From IMG/VR virus record IMGVR_UViG_3300045988_066369, positions 88,892 to 152,891 of that record: a stretch of 64,000 nt of DNA; one strand, written 5' to 3'. The DNA is from a virus. The position numbers and the translations under genes are program-made. Below are positions 10,058 through 20,436 of this stretch, piece by piece; positions within the stretch are counted from its first letter, which is position 1; the number at the start of each line of letters is the position of its first letter. Under the pieces are notes generated by a model, which was not told where the DNA came from, searched no databases, and saw nothing but the letters and a program-made list of their open reading frames with translations.

Positions 10058-10872
10058 TCTAATTTTTTGTTAAAAGTTATTTCTTTTACTTCTTCAGTTT
10101 CGAGTTTTCCACCTTTGATAAAGTATTGGTGAATAAGAGTATTAATTGTTCTTGCTCCAAGAGTATTATTGCGAAAAGAGCTTTCAAGATACCCTTTCAA
10201 ATCACTAATGACTTGTTCTCTATTCACATTAAAGAATAAGTCAAGATAATTCTGTAACAAGTCTGAACACTCCAAGATAGAATACAAATCCTCTAGAGTG
10301 AGAGGTTTAGTATTGTAGATTAATCCTACTCTTCCAAGAAACTCTGTTTTAACTCCAAAGTCTCTTAGTCTATCTAATGTAATGTGAGGCTCATTATTGA
10401 ACGCTCCGGCAAACACAAATAGTACATTATCAATAGGGACTGATATGTACTTCCCATAATCGCCAAAAACACTAGTAGTATCAGACTCTAAAAGTTTGAG
10501 AAACTCGTTCTGTACACTGGCAGTAGATTCATTAGCCAGTTGGCTATTAGTGTTTCCGTTGATGAAAAGTTTATCAAACTCGTCTACGAAGACTACAATA
10601 GGTGTGTGACTATAGTTAACAAGTGGAGATAGAATTTTGCTTAAACTATTTCCAGAAATACCCTCTTTAGTTATTTGAGCTGCATTAACTTCTAGAAAGC
10701 TAAGTTCATTCATATCACATAACTGTTTAATAGTAAAGCTCTTACCAGACCCGCTCTCACCTGTAAGAATAAAGTGCGGTCTTATCTTGCAATTACTATT
10801 TACAAATACCTGAAATATTCTATTAACTTCCTTAATTAACTTGTCTTGCCCTATTATCTTACTCATAGTCAA
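10048..10872 (-). CDS. P-loop ATPase (AAA-like)
   Basis: 274 aa; Walker A LTGESGSGKSF, Walker B VVFVDEFDK. Confidence 0.5.
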   Translation of the reverse strand: MTMSKIIGQDKLIKEVNRIFQVFVNSNCKIRPHFILTGESGSGKSFTIKQLCDMNELSFLEVNAAQITKEGISGNSLSKILSPLVNYSHTPIVVFVDEFDKLFINGNTNSQLANESTASVQNEFLKLLESDTTSVFGDYGKYISVPIDNVLFVFAGAFNNEPHITLDRLRDFGVKTEFLGRVGLIYNTKPLTLEDLYSILECSDLLQNYLDLFFNVNREQVISDLKGYLESSFRNNTLGARTINTLIHQYFIKGGKLETEEVKEITFNKKLEWK

Positions 10873-11371
10873 TTTTCAATAAATATTTAATATTACCTCC
10901 GGCACTCAAATGCCTAAAGCATTTAGTTACGAAGTCCTTGGTTTCGGGATGTATAGCTCTAGGTGAACTTAGAAATTTAATCCACCAGTTGTACTCACTC
11001 CCATAGGTAAAATCTTTATTATAGGTTCTCCCAGCAGCCAGATAATCACAGACTAATTCCAAAGCATATTTTCTTGGCATTTTCGCTGGAACTCCTCCTT
11101 CATCTAAACTATGAACCCAATATTCATAGTGATGTGGATTTCTTCCTCGATGATGTAGGAAGGTTTCAGAATATCCGTGTATGTTTTTCTCATTAGCTAG
11201 AGGACTAATAGTATCGTCCCAATACTTTATTGACCTACTAAATTCAGTATAGCTAAACTTAGACCAGTCATGTACTATTCCCTGCCAATAAAGACCTAAC
11301 TGGAAACAATAGCGTGCTACCCAGTATTTATGCTTAATAATCCTAATTAGATGTTTAAATATTCGTGTCAT
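10859..11371 (-). CDS. hypothetical protein (His-rich motifs)
   Basis: 170 aa ORF. Confidence 0.4.
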   Translation of the reverse strand: MTRIFKHLIRIIKHKYWVARYCFQLGLYWQGIVHDWSKFSYTEFSRSIKYWDDTISPLANEKNIHGYSETFLHHRGRNPHHYEYWVHSLDEGGVPAKMPRKYALELVCDYLAAGRTYNKDFTYGSEYNWWIKFLSSPRAIHPETKDFVTKCFRHLSAGGNIKYLLKIDYE

Positions 11372-11669
11372 GTATTGAGTTTGATAAAAACTTAATAAAA
11401 GAAACGTCTACCTCGTAATATTTATCGCCGAGAAACTTAAGCATATATATAATCCAGCTTACTATAGAAAGCGAGACAGCTACAGGAGGAAGACATAGGC
11501 TCACTAGGGCTATAACTACAGCCCAACCAGGCACAGATATTCTTCTCCACCTTCTCCACCTTCCAGAACCTAAATAATCTAGTTCATAGGTATGATAAAG
11601 TGTATAGTATAGGAGCGCATAGAGCACAACTCCTATACAATCACTTATCAACATAATCTTTACGTCCAT
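11355..11669 (-). CDS. small membrane protein
   Basis: 104 aa; two hydrophobic helices. Confidence 0.35.
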   Translation of the reverse strand: MDVKIMLISDCIGVVLYALLYYTLYHTYELDYLGSGRWRRWRRISVPGWAVVIALVSLCLPPVAVSLSIVSWIIYMLKFLGDKYYEVDVSFIKFLSNSIHDTNI

Positions 11670-11934
11670 ACTTAATTAGTATTTCTGGACCACAGAATAA
11701 TGTATTCCCTATATCCCTTACCATTATACCATAATAAGACATTATTCTCTATAATATCTACATACGGGTCGTAATAAATAAAGGCGATTATCAAGACTAT
11801 TGCTAGTATAATAGCTAACATAGGTTATCGAGTTTTAACGGAACCAGGTCTAGTGGTTGCAGCTTGGAAATCTTTTCCCTGCTTATCCCACCATGCCTGT
11901 TTATCCTTTAACCATTTTACTTTTTTCTTGTATT

Positions 11935-12951
11935 TCATTGTTCTGTTACGATTACGATTCTGTTAAATTCTCTATCTCCAAACTCAGTAGTGCTTCCGCA
12001 GCCTTTAACTATAAGCTTATCCTCTGGAGCACCATAACTGATAAGGGCCTTCTTCATAGATTCTGCTCTAGCTACAGCTAAGTTGTCATTAAAATCTACT
12101 GGACCTTCTTCAGAAGCATATCCCTCAATCATATATGACTTACTACTATTTGAAATATAAGCTGCTAACTCCGATACTGCAACATTAGAAGTTGTAGAGA
12201 TTTCAGAAGAGTTCTGTAAAAACTGAATTTTAGGTGTAAGAAGTTCTACCTTAGTAACTACTATAGTATCAGTCTTAATTATTTCTACTGGTTTACGAGA
12301 TTCCAATTCGCTATTCTTAGCCCTCAACTCGTTAATGGCAGCATTAAGACTTTCTACTTCAGCGTCACTATATAGTTTCATCATAGGAAAGTTTCCTTTA
12401 TTAGACTTAAATCGGTAAGTAGCTCCTACATAAACATTTACTTCATGATTTAGAGGAGTAGTCTTTGGAAGTAGCATATACTCTGGAGTAACATTTAGTG
12501 CCCAACTATCAGTAATATTAAAGTTGCATCTAATTGCACCTCTTGCAGATACATTATTATAAACATCACCATAAGTATGATACCAACCAGCACCTATCAG
12601 TAATACAGGCTCAAATAAACGTCTAGAGCCTTCGTATCCACAAATAAGATTAGTTAGATTAGTAGTTACATTAGCTGTAAGGTTATGGGAATCGAAGAAC
12701 GTTTTACTGCCTTGATTCATACCTGCCATCATATCTAACTCTAGTCCGAAGATAGGAGTAATTTCTTTACCCACCGCAATATTTACTAATACATCATGAG
12801 GTTCAGCCCAACTTCTTGAGTTGTCCCAAATTGTGGTACCTACATTACCAGAAACATACCAGTTATCTTTCAAACTTCCAGTTTCAACAACTTGTGCGCT
12901 AGCAAACACGCACATTAAACACAAACAAATAATACTAAAAATTTTCTTCAT
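11935..12951 (-). CDS. OmpA-family outer-membrane protein-like (signal peptide + OmpA C-terminal peptidoglycan-binding domain)
   Basis: 338 aa; signal MKKIFSIICLCLMCVFASAQ; C-terminal ...NDNLAVARAESMKKALISYG... OmpA_C-like motif. Confidence 0.6.
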   Translation of the reverse strand: MKKIFSIICLCLMCVFASAQVVETGSLKDNWYVSGNVGTTIWDNSRSWAEPHDVLVNIAVGKEITPIFGLELDMMAGMNQGSKTFFDSHNLTANVTTNLTNLICGYEGSRRLFEPVLLIGAGWYHTYGDVYNNVSARGAIRCNFNITDSWALNVTPEYMLLPKTTPLNHEVNVYVGATYRFKSNKGNFPMMKLYSDAEVESLNAAINELRAKNSELESRKPVEIIKTDTIVVTKVELLTPKIQFLQNSSEISTTSNVAVSELAAYISNSSKSYMIEGYASEEGPVDFNDNLAVARAESMKKALISYGAPEDKLIVKGCGSTTEFGDREFNRIVIVTEQ

Positions 12952-12967
12952 AATTCTATTAATTAAA

Positions 12968-13402
12968 TTAATCCCACCAAGACCTCATACGTTCAAACTT
13001 TAGTTTGTTGTATAAGTACCAGGCTTTTTCTCTTCTCAGATAATCTTTAAGGATTGGAGTATTCCAATCGAGATCAGCAGCCTTAGGGTGGAATCGATTC
13101 CAATTTTTAGTATTTATGTGTCTATCTACAAATCCCTTTGACCCAGGTCTAAAGTCATGGTGATACGCAGAATCTATTTCTAGCACAATATCTAATAGCT
13201 TTAGTGCTAGATTTAGCTCTTTTTCGACACGTTCATTGCCTTCCGCAATTCTAGATACCTTAAAGTATTCATACATTCTAATTAGGGCTTGTTTCTCTAA
13301 AGAGAGAACAAATCCATAATCGAATGGATAAAACTTCATAGCTTCTTTGATAAGTTTCTTATTCTTATTCTTTCTTAGTTTCATATTCCTGACTTGCTTC
13401 AA
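12968..13402 (-). CDS. hypothetical protein
   Basis: 144 aa ORF. Confidence 0.4.
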   Translation of the reverse strand: MKQVRNMKLRKNKNKKLIKEAMKFYPFDYGFVLSLEKQALIRMYEYFKVSRIAEGNERVEKELNLALKLLDIVLEIDSAYHHDFRPGSKGFVDRHINTKNWNRFHPKAADLDWNTPILKDYLRREKAWYLYNKLKFERMRSWWD

Positions 13403-13808
13403 CTGCTAATTTATCTGCGAGATTATTCATCTGAGAAAAGAAGTCTGAACTTGAAGTATGTCCTTTCACCCAACAAAAATCTATATTAGGACAAAATTGC
13501 TTTGCCTTATTTAAGACCTTGTCGTATAAATTCCATAACTCTACGTTCTTCTTTCTTTTCCATCCTTTAGTAGCACATCCTATGACGTACTGAGAATCTG
13601 AGTAAATAGTCAGAGATTCGATTTTACGACTTACTGCATTTAGAGCATAAATTACTGCTAACAACTCACATTTATTATTAGTAGTATTAGGAATCATCTT
13701 ACTAAATTCATAGGCTTTTTCCCCATCAATTACGAATACAACTCCTACTCCTCCTGTGTCTCTAGACGAGCTAAAAGCTCCATCAGTGAACACTTCTAGC
13801 CTGCTCAT
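13365..13808 (-). CDS. rnhA: ribonuclease HI
   Basis: 147 aa; TDGA...ELLAVIYAL...SDSQYVI...GHTS...NNLADKLA matches RNase H type 1 catalytic motifs. Confidence 0.7.
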   Translation of the reverse strand: MSRLEVFTDGAFSSSRDTGGVGVVFVIDGEKAYEFSKMIPNTTNNKCELLAVIYALNAVSRKIESLTIYSDSQYVIGCATKGWKRKKNVELWNLYDKVLNKAKQFCPNIDFCWVKGHTSSSDFFSQMNNLADKLAVEASQEYETKKE

Positions 13809-14196
13809 CAGCAGTATTTACTCTCATGTTAGTTCCGAGTAATATTGCTATCTTTAGCAAATCGTCTTGATTGTCACAAAATATATTATCTAAAATATAG
13901 TTTGCATAATCAACAATTCTAACTCTCTTTCCTATAGCACCATATTTTTCGTTAAGCCATTTAAGCTGAGGAGCAAAATCTTCTAGGTCGTCCCCTAAAT
14001 GCCGTAAAGCCTTCCTAATAGGAACAGGAAACCACATTTTCTCCTTTATCCAGTCTAAATGACAATAACCAAACGCAAATGCTCTACTTAAATCCTTCTG
14101 AATAAACTCGTCTAACTCGAAATTTCTCTCATGCCTACCAGCTTCCTCGAAATCATCTTTCAAATCCTCACAAAAAATCTGATTAAATTCAATCAT
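13783..14196 (-). CDS. hypothetical protein
   Basis: 137 aa ORF. Confidence 0.4.
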   Translation of the reverse strand: MIEFNQIFCEDLKDDFEEAGRHERNFELDEFIQKDLSRAFAFGYCHLDWIKEKMWFPVPIRKALRHLGDDLEDFAPQLKWLNEKYGAIGKRVRIVDYANYILDNIFCDNQDDLLKIAILLGTNMRVNTADEQARSVH

Positions 14197-14587
14197 AACT
14201 CCAAGTTTCTAGGCAAGCTATAAGTTCCAGCATCCCATATCTGCAAATAACCTTGAATGGTCCAGTAGCTATAGAAAGATAAGGACTTTTGTTGTCATTG
14301 TACAGCTTCATTACTTCTCTTAGTAGTACGCTAGCATTTCTGGATAGTTCGTAAAGAGTGGGAACTCTGTGTTCGTTCGGACCTACATACATTTTCCATG
14401 TACTTTTGCCTATACAGCGACCCTCGTCATCATATTCTCTATGACTCTTGTCCCACTGCATATACTCCAGAACCTTATCAAAATCAAAGTTCTCCATAAT
14501 GCTTTTGTATTGTTCCTCCAATGGGGGACAATCATCCCTTGTCAGGACTGTTCTCTTTGTTTTGCTCATTTTTGTAACAATTAACAA
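14189..14587 (-). CDS. hypothetical protein
   Basis: 132 aa ORF. Confidence 0.4.
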   Translation of the reverse strand: MLIVTKMSKTKRTVLTRDDCPPLEEQYKSIMENFDFDKVLEYMQWDKSHREYDDEGRCIGKSTWKMYVGPNEHRVPTLYELSRNASVLLREVMKLYNDNKSPYLSIATGPFKVICRYGMLELIACLETWSYD

Positions 14588-14873
14588 GATTCTGTAAGTT
14601 GGACAACTTATCAGTTCTTACACTGACCAGTAGCCCACCCTTACGTAAGTTGTAACTAAGTTTAATTCCGCAATGATTTAGAATTTCGATAAACTCTCTC
14701 AATGCGCTTCCCTTTAACACATTTCTGTAGACTAGTTTCTGACCATCTTGATATCCTGCTCGATAGTATTCATTCGCAACATCAGAAATAAGCCATCGCT
14801 TAATAGGAGATACCCTACTTAAGAGTTCATTGACTCTGGTTGCGATAAAATCCATATTACTGAATACTATCAA
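14532..14873 (-). CDS. hypothetical protein
   Basis: 113 aa ORF. Confidence 0.4.
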   Translation of the reverse strand: MIVFSNMDFIATRVNELLSRVSPIKRWLISDVANEYYRAGYQDGQKLVYRNVLKGSALREFIEILNHCGIKLSYNLRKGGLLVSVRTDKLSNLQNLVNCYKNEQNKENSPDKG

Positions 14874-15030
14874 TTACAAGACTATCCACACCTAGAGTGT
14901 CTACACTCATTGTGTCAGCAACTTCTTTAACGATTGCGATAGAATCGTTTTCTGGAGCCTGAGTCTTTGTATTACCTGCACAAGCAGACATCAGTGCAAC
15001 CATTCCGAAAAGCAATAGTACTTTCTTCAT
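14857..15030 (-). CDS. small lipoprotein (MKKVLLLFGMVALMSAC lipobox)
   Basis: Own translation; about 57 aa, below the ORF-track length cutoff. Confidence 0.35.
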   Translation of the reverse strand: MKKVLLLFGMVALMSACAGNTKTQAPENDSIAIVKEVADTMSVDTLGVDSLVIDSIQ

Positions 15031-15505
15031 TTTTTCTTAATTTAAATTAGTTAATAATCATTTTATCTATCAAAAAAAAGAGTGGTTCCAGTATCTGTGC
15101 TTCACCAGATACTTTCCCCACTCCTATCACTCCGAAGAGCTTGTACCATTATTAGGTTGGTCAACCTCCCTCTTCATCTTGTTGAGAATTTGGGATAATA
15201 GTCACCAAGTTTAAAGATTACTTGTAACTGAAGCAAAAGGCTAGAATCCCGAAGGGATTCCGTAACTCCTTCAACACGTGGTTGACGAGCTATGTAGGAA
15301 GCTAACGCGCAGGCAAAGATGAAGCCGTAGTCAAAGACCTAGCTACACTAACAAAGACTAAGACAAAGACTCTCAATTAGAGAGTAGGTTGTAAATTTTT
15401 GTGTAGCCAGCGAATAAAGATTAAATCCATGCGGATTTAAGAATATACTGTTCATAATTATTCCTGTTAAGTATGTTATGTTAGCTTCCTACGGAAGTCC
15501 TCTAA

Positions 15506-16417
15506 TTACTTAGAGGAAGAGTCGCCTTGTCTCCTAATCTCTTCGAAAATATCTAAAAGATTCTTAGGCAAAGCGATTTTTAGTTTGGAAATACGTTCCA
15601 TTTCAGAAGTTTTCCAACTATTGAAACGACTTCTCAACTCTCCTAATTCGGAGGTATATTTGTCGTATTTTGCTTTAAATTCAGCCATTTTCTCACGATA
15701 CTCTTGTTCTTGAGTGTTAGAAAGTTTATTAACCTCCTCCTTAAGCTCAGCTTTAAGAGCATTTAACTCCTTCTCGTAAGAACGATAGGTATCTTGAAGA
15801 GACATGAACATATTGTCCACTTTTTCTACTTCGATGGTAGGGTCTTGGTAGTAGAGAATTAAATCTCTTCCAGAGCCTTCCTTATAGATAGGACAATTCT
15901 CAGCTGCATGAACTTCTTTTCGTGCCTTACTAAAGGCTCCTTTTGGATGAATATACTTTCCATAGGTAGAAGCAAACGCCTCTAATCTTAGGAATTTATT
16001 TCTTTTGTTAATATCCCACGACTTTATGATAGTTTCTTCAGTCGGAGAAGGTAGAGCTTCTGGATACTTAGGCTGCTCTGGCAGTCCTATTCCCTGACTT
16101 TCTGCCCAATCATCAAGCATAGTAGCAGATACTTTGCCAATCATTCCTTCTTTCTCTTTGATAGCTTCTCGTACCCAAGCACAAAAACTATTCATGGCAG
16201 CGACCTTTTCCAAATCATCTTTTATAAAGTCAAGGGACTTTTGTCCTACTGTCATTAACTGCTTTTCTCCTCCGCCGATAGAGGCTACAGATACTTGAAA
16301 GAATTTCACATTATTCAAGCGTTCCTGTGCTGCTTGAATCATTTCTTGTGCGATGTTCGCATAGAAGTTTGCTGACGTAGAAGTCAACCCTTCATTTCCA
16401 AAAAATACACTGTTCAT
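15506..16417 (-). CDS. hypothetical protein
   Basis: 303 aa ORF. Confidence 0.45.
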   Translation of the reverse strand: MNSVFFGNEGLTSTSANFYANIAQEMIQAAQERLNNVKFFQVSVASIGGGEKQLMTVGQKSLDFIKDDLEKVAAMNSFCAWVREAIKEKEGMIGKVSATMLDDWAESQGIGLPEQPKYPEALPSPTEETIIKSWDINKRNKFLRLEAFASTYGKYIHPKGAFSKARKEVHAAENCPIYKEGSGRDLILYYQDPTIEVEKVDNMFMSLQDTYRSYEKELNALKAELKEEVNKLSNTQEQEYREKMAEFKAKYDKYTSELGELRSRFNSWKTSEMERISKLKIALPKNLLDIFEEIRRQGDSSSK

Positions 16418-16608
16418 ATTAGTTACGTTTTGTTAGTTTATCCACAACATTAATTATTGATTCTTCTCCTGCTATAAATCCATCACGATGAACATTTCTA
16501 AGTAAACTCTTCAGAGATTCTAATTCTTCGTCTGACTTTAGAGTATTTTTTCTATATATTTCAATAAGTTCTTCTATATATCTTTCCATATTATTGATAT
16601 TAAATTAG

Positions 16609-16694
16609 TACCCGAAGTGGGACTCGAACCCACACGCCCATTACTGGGCATCAGAGCTTAAATCTGACGTGTCTACCAATTTCACCATTCGGGC
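16609..16694 (-). tRNA. tRNA-Leu (anticodon TAA), type II with long variable arm
   Basis: Hand-folded cloverleaf: acceptor gcccgaa/ttcgggt, anticodon stem tcaga/tctga, loop tttaagc, T-arm gtggg-ttcgagt-cccac. Confidence 0.75.
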
Positions 16695-16780
16695 ATAGTG
16701 ATTAGCTATACTCACGTACCGCTAATCAACTTACTATAATAACAGTACAAGTGTTAAATTCAAAGTTAAAAACCGTTAAC

Positions 16781-17095
16781 TTATTTAAACTGCAAACAAA
16801 TGTTAATAAATTTATCGACATCAGTTCCGCAATCTACATAGTTCGGAGTGTTAGCTTCGAAGTATTTGAGAACGGCCTCTGTTCCAAAAAGTCCCATCTC
16901 TTCGAAGTCATACCCCTCACCGTGAATATCCGATGTAGGCATATTTGGTCTGAATACTAACCAGGCTGTACCAGGAAATTCACAACACGTACAAACAGTC
17001 AATCCACTTTCTCTTAGTTTATCTAAGATTTGTGGACTAACTGTTTTCAATACGACACAATTATCCGAGTTCTGCAAGTCGTTGTCTGATTTCAT
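16781..17095 (-). CDS. hypothetical protein
   Basis: 104 aa ORF. Confidence 0.4.
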   Translation of the reverse strand: MKSDNDLQNSDNCVVLKTVSPQILDKLRESGLTVCTCCEFPGTAWLVFRPNMPTSDIHGEGYDFEEMGLFGTEAVLKYFEANTPNYVDCGTDVDKFINICLQFK

Positions 17096-17435
17096 CTTCG
17101 GACATACTTTCCATTTTCTCGGACTGTTTCTTAGCCAGCAGTTCAGTCAGGCGTGCCTTCTCAGCTGCCTTATCTTTAGCTGCTTCTCTAGCGGCCTTGT
17201 CTTTCAGCTTATCAGTGATAACATCTTTCACAATATTGAACTTTAACTCCAGTTCGCTATTGCTAGGAGTATCATTAGTTATGAAAGATTTTCTAGGACT
17301 CTTGGCTAATTCTTCGTCATAGGACACTGCCAGTCTGTCCAATGCAGGCAGACTTAAGTCCCACAAATCTTCCACACTCAAATTACCTTTACTAGTTGCA
17401 AAGCGCAACTTCATTTTAGACGCTTGTTTGTACAT
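17061..17435 (-). CDS. hypothetical protein (Lys/Glu-rich)
   Basis: 124 aa ORF. Confidence 0.4.
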   Translation of the reverse strand: MYKQASKMKLRFATSKGNLSVEDLWDLSLPALDRLAVSYDEELAKSPRKSFITNDTPSNSELELKFNIVKDVITDKLKDKAAREAAKDKAAEKARLTELLAKKQSEKMESMSEDEIRQRLAELG

Positions 17436-17437
17436 AA

Positions 17438-19453
17438 TTAGAATTTAATTTTAAATGGTTTATTATCAACTTTAACTACAACCTCGTCGTGAGACGTACT
17501 AGAGAATCCTAGTCCACTCAACTGGTTATCGTTGTATTCTGCTTTAGCTCTAGAGCCAATAGCTTCGAATACTCTCTTATGATCTTTTTCGAGATCGGGT
17601 CTCAGATATTCATTGAAGAATCCTCGAACTGGGTCAGGATTTTTACATCCATCAATCATGAAGAATAGGTGCTTGTTTCCTATTTCATTACCTTCCCAAT
17701 AATTTGGAGAATACATGATGCAAGAAACAGTTTGGAAACGCATAGTATCAATGCCCCACTCGTTCATAGACTTGTATGAAGTTGCACCTTCGGCAATTAC
17801 CGGACTTAGGGTTATATTACCAATAGAATCTACCTTGATAATTGCTACCGCAATATATTCTCTGTCTGACACCATCTTATCATAGTTGAACTTATGAAGT
17901 TCTCCATTGATTTCGATTTCTACCTCGAATCCAAAGTCTATATGTTCTCTTTTGCAGAAGTTATGCACACGCACTTCATATCGACCTGCTCTGAGTTTAG
18001 ATTGGTCAGTCCAGATAATATTCTCGACTGCATCTCTGGTTTTACCAGAACCAGCGTTCATATCTACATCTAGTGTACCACCAGTTAATCCTCTCTTATG
18101 CCTGTAATAGATTTCATTACCACCAGGTTCTGTTACATGGAGGTCAAGGTCATCATAGTTAAACCAGTGTAGAGAACATCTTAGGAATCCATTTACGTTA
18201 CCACCTACTGCTTTTACTTTCTCCTTGAATGAATCCGCCATAGAGCCATTATACACCCAAGCGAAGTTATTCTTCCATTTGAACAGCTGACCTGCATCAG
18301 GGTTCTCTGGAGCAGTTAGGGTAACAAAATTAGGAATATGCTTATTCTCAACAAGAATTTGCACATCCTTAGAGTGTGGCAATACATTAGTTACAAACTC
18401 CGAAATTGAAATTTCAGTAGCTTTGGTATACTCTTTAGGATTAACCGTTGAGGTCTCTTTTAAAGAGTCAAATATACCTCCTTTCATACGTGCACGAGTG
18501 TCTCTATTTACGAACAGAACGTCGTTTACAGAAATATCTTCTACACGAGCATGACGGCGAGGAAGGGCATCAGTTAACCCAAGTTCTTCAACCTTCTTCT
18601 GAGCAGCCTCAATTTGTTTCTTAGTAATAAGAGCAGTAGGTCTCTTATAGTTAGATGGAGCCATAATGTTCTCATAAGACTTAACAGCTCTTTCCAGGTC
18701 TACACCATTACTTAAGTCAATCAGTAGAGTTCCCATAGCCGTATTTCTAATTTTAGCTATTGGAGATTTGAAGTTAAACCAACAATAGTTAGTGCGAACC
18801 TCTGGTGAGAGATTATCGGCCTCAAGCATAGTTCTTCTGAACTCTTGCAGAGTCTTTAGGAACTCTTCTCCGCGATAGAGATTATTATCCTCTATCAACT
18901 CAATTACGGTTTCTACCGCACTTAGTTTAAGCTCGGAAAGAGAGCGTTCAAAGACACCAGCTCTAGCTCTAACATCTCCGCGATAACCTGCGGCAGAATC
19001 GAAATGATGTACTCTCTTGTTGAATTTAAACTTGTTAGGAATAGTCACGTACAAGTGAGTCCAAGTTCTAGTAGTTCCATCAGGAAGAAGTTGCACATTA
19101 TGGTCACAACCGTGAAACTCATTAACATCCTGAATGAATATATCTCCTATTCCAGCTTCCTTAACGAGCTTAGCTAAATCAGATGCGGTCTTTTCATAGC
19201 CAGGAGTGTGAACATCATCCCAGAAGGTTTTCACCTTGTAGGTTTGAGGGTCTATAGCGACTACCTTACCATAGTGACGTATGAAAGACTTACAAGCATT
19301 ACAATTGTGATATTGCCGAATTGTTTCGTCCTCAAAGGAGAGAAGATAACTCATCCACAAAAGGTCTTTGTCTACATTAACTACAAATAAATTATCTGCA
19401 ATCATAGCATTGAAAGCAGACTCTACATCTTTCTTGAAATCTTTAAAATTCAT
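17438..19453 (-). CDS. large hypothetical protein (Cys/His motif HNCNACKSF near N-terminus; possible replication protein)
   Basis: 671 aa ORF, largest early-block protein; no motif I can name confidently. Confidence 0.5.
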   Translation of the reverse strand: MNFKDFKKDVESAFNAMIADNLFVVNVDKDLLWMSYLLSFEDETIRQYHNCNACKSFIRHYGKVVAIDPQTYKVKTFWDDVHTPGYEKTASDLAKLVKEAGIGDIFIQDVNEFHGCDHNVQLLPDGTTRTWTHLYVTIPNKFKFNKRVHHFDSAAGYRGDVRARAGVFERSLSELKLSAVETVIELIEDNNLYRGEEFLKTLQEFRRTMLEADNLSPEVRTNYCWFNFKSPIAKIRNTAMGTLLIDLSNGVDLERAVKSYENIMAPSNYKRPTALITKKQIEAAQKKVEELGLTDALPRRHARVEDISVNDVLFVNRDTRARMKGGIFDSLKETSTVNPKEYTKATEISISEFVTNVLPHSKDVQILVENKHIPNFVTLTAPENPDAGQLFKWKNNFAWVYNGSMADSFKEKVKAVGGNVNGFLRCSLHWFNYDDLDLHVTEPGGNEIYYRHKRGLTGGTLDVDMNAGSGKTRDAVENIIWTDQSKLRAGRYEVRVHNFCKREHIDFGFEVEIEINGELHKFNYDKMVSDREYIAVAIIKVDSIGNITLSPVIAEGATSYKSMNEWGIDTMRFQTVSCIMYSPNYWEGNEIGNKHLFFMIDGCKNPDPVRGFFNEYLRPDLEKDHKRVFEAIGSRAKAEYNDNQLSGLGFSSTSHDEVVVKVDNKPFKIKF

Positions 19454-19534
19454 AATCTTTATTCGTTAAATATTTGATTGCATAATATAATAGTTAGACC
19501 AGTCATAACTGCGGTCTCAAAACCCGTTACTTCC

Positions 19535-19801
19535 CTAGTTACTAATAGTATTGTTCCCATCAGAACTATTACTAGTAATCTTACTAATTCCTTTTTCCAC
19601 CATTTCATGCTCTAGCTTCTTCAAAGTTTCTACACTCTCCTCATTGAACTTATCCACTCCCAGCTCACTAATCTTATATATAATAAGAATTTGGTGAAAT
19701 CTTAGATAAGGATATTGGTCAATGATTTGACTTAATCTAGTTAATATCTTGAAATTAGCTTTCTTTCTAAATTTGATAGCTTCTTCAATTTGAGCTTCCA
19801 T
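19535..19801 (-). CDS. hypothetical protein; terminates with TAG
   Basis: 88 aa ORF; stop codon is TAG (plus 19535-19537 cta). Confidence 0.4.
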   Translation of the reverse strand: MEAQIEEAIKFRKKANFKILTRLSQIIDQYPYLRFHQILIIYKISELGVDKFNEESVETLKKLEHEMVEKGISKITSNSSDGNNTISN

Positions 19802-20282
19802 ATTTATTAAGTATATCTAATTCCAATTCCTTAACTTTACTTTCATACAAGGAATCCTCAGCGTAGCCAATTCTGTCTAGGAATTTGTAATAATCCTCTT
19901 CTGGGTTATACTTACTAAGGATAAATTGCTTATAAGCGAACACGCAGCTTATCCAACTATCGAACTTGAAGTAAGACATTGTTCTGGAGTTATACAACCC
20001 GAACAGATTGTTATTGTCCTTACAAAGTTTCGATTTAAAATTGCCAGATTCCAGAACAGCCTGAGCTGTTATAATTGCTGGATTTGGAAAATCGTAATGC
20101 TTCAAAGTATTGTACAATACTTCTTCGTTTACTTCATCCAATAAGTAGAATGGATGCTCTGGCAGCAATACCATTTCCTCCTGTTTCTGATTGAAATGTA
20201 TCAGATGATGCAAAGAATAACCAGTTGCAAATCCGAATACAATACTAATCATAAGGATAATTAAAAAACTTTCTTTTTTCAT
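19785..20282 (-). CDS. peptidoglycan hydrolase, glucosaminidase (FlgJ-like/GH73) domain with N-terminal membrane anchor
   Basis: 165 aa; AQAVLESGNFKS...NNLFGLYN...F matches glucosaminidase motifs; N-terminal TM LIILMISIVFGFATGY. Confidence 0.6.
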   Translation of the reverse strand: MKKESFLIILMISIVFGFATGYSLHHLIHFNQKQEEMVLLPEHPFYLLDEVNEEVLYNTLKHYDFPNPAIITAQAVLESGNFKSKLCKDNNNLFGLYNSRTMSYFKFDSWISCVFAYKQFILSKYNPEEDYYKFLDRIGYAEDSLYESKVKELELDILNKYGSSN

Positions 20283-20436
20283 AAAACTTCTTCTTCTATT
20301 AATCTAATATCCCAGTAATTTTGAGTTACCGCCCATTCTATAGCGTCTTTCTTCTCTAGAAAAAGAGGAGAGATCTTCTCATAGTTTATAGGGACTTGCC
20401 CGTCATATGCCGTGGGAATTGAAATATAATATACTT

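Noticed and set aside
15330-15390. CAAAGAC direct repeats as a CRISPR-like array
   Set aside because: Only three short (7-nt) copies with irregular spacing. No repeat-spacer periodicity and no cas genes. No CRISPR array anywhere in the window.
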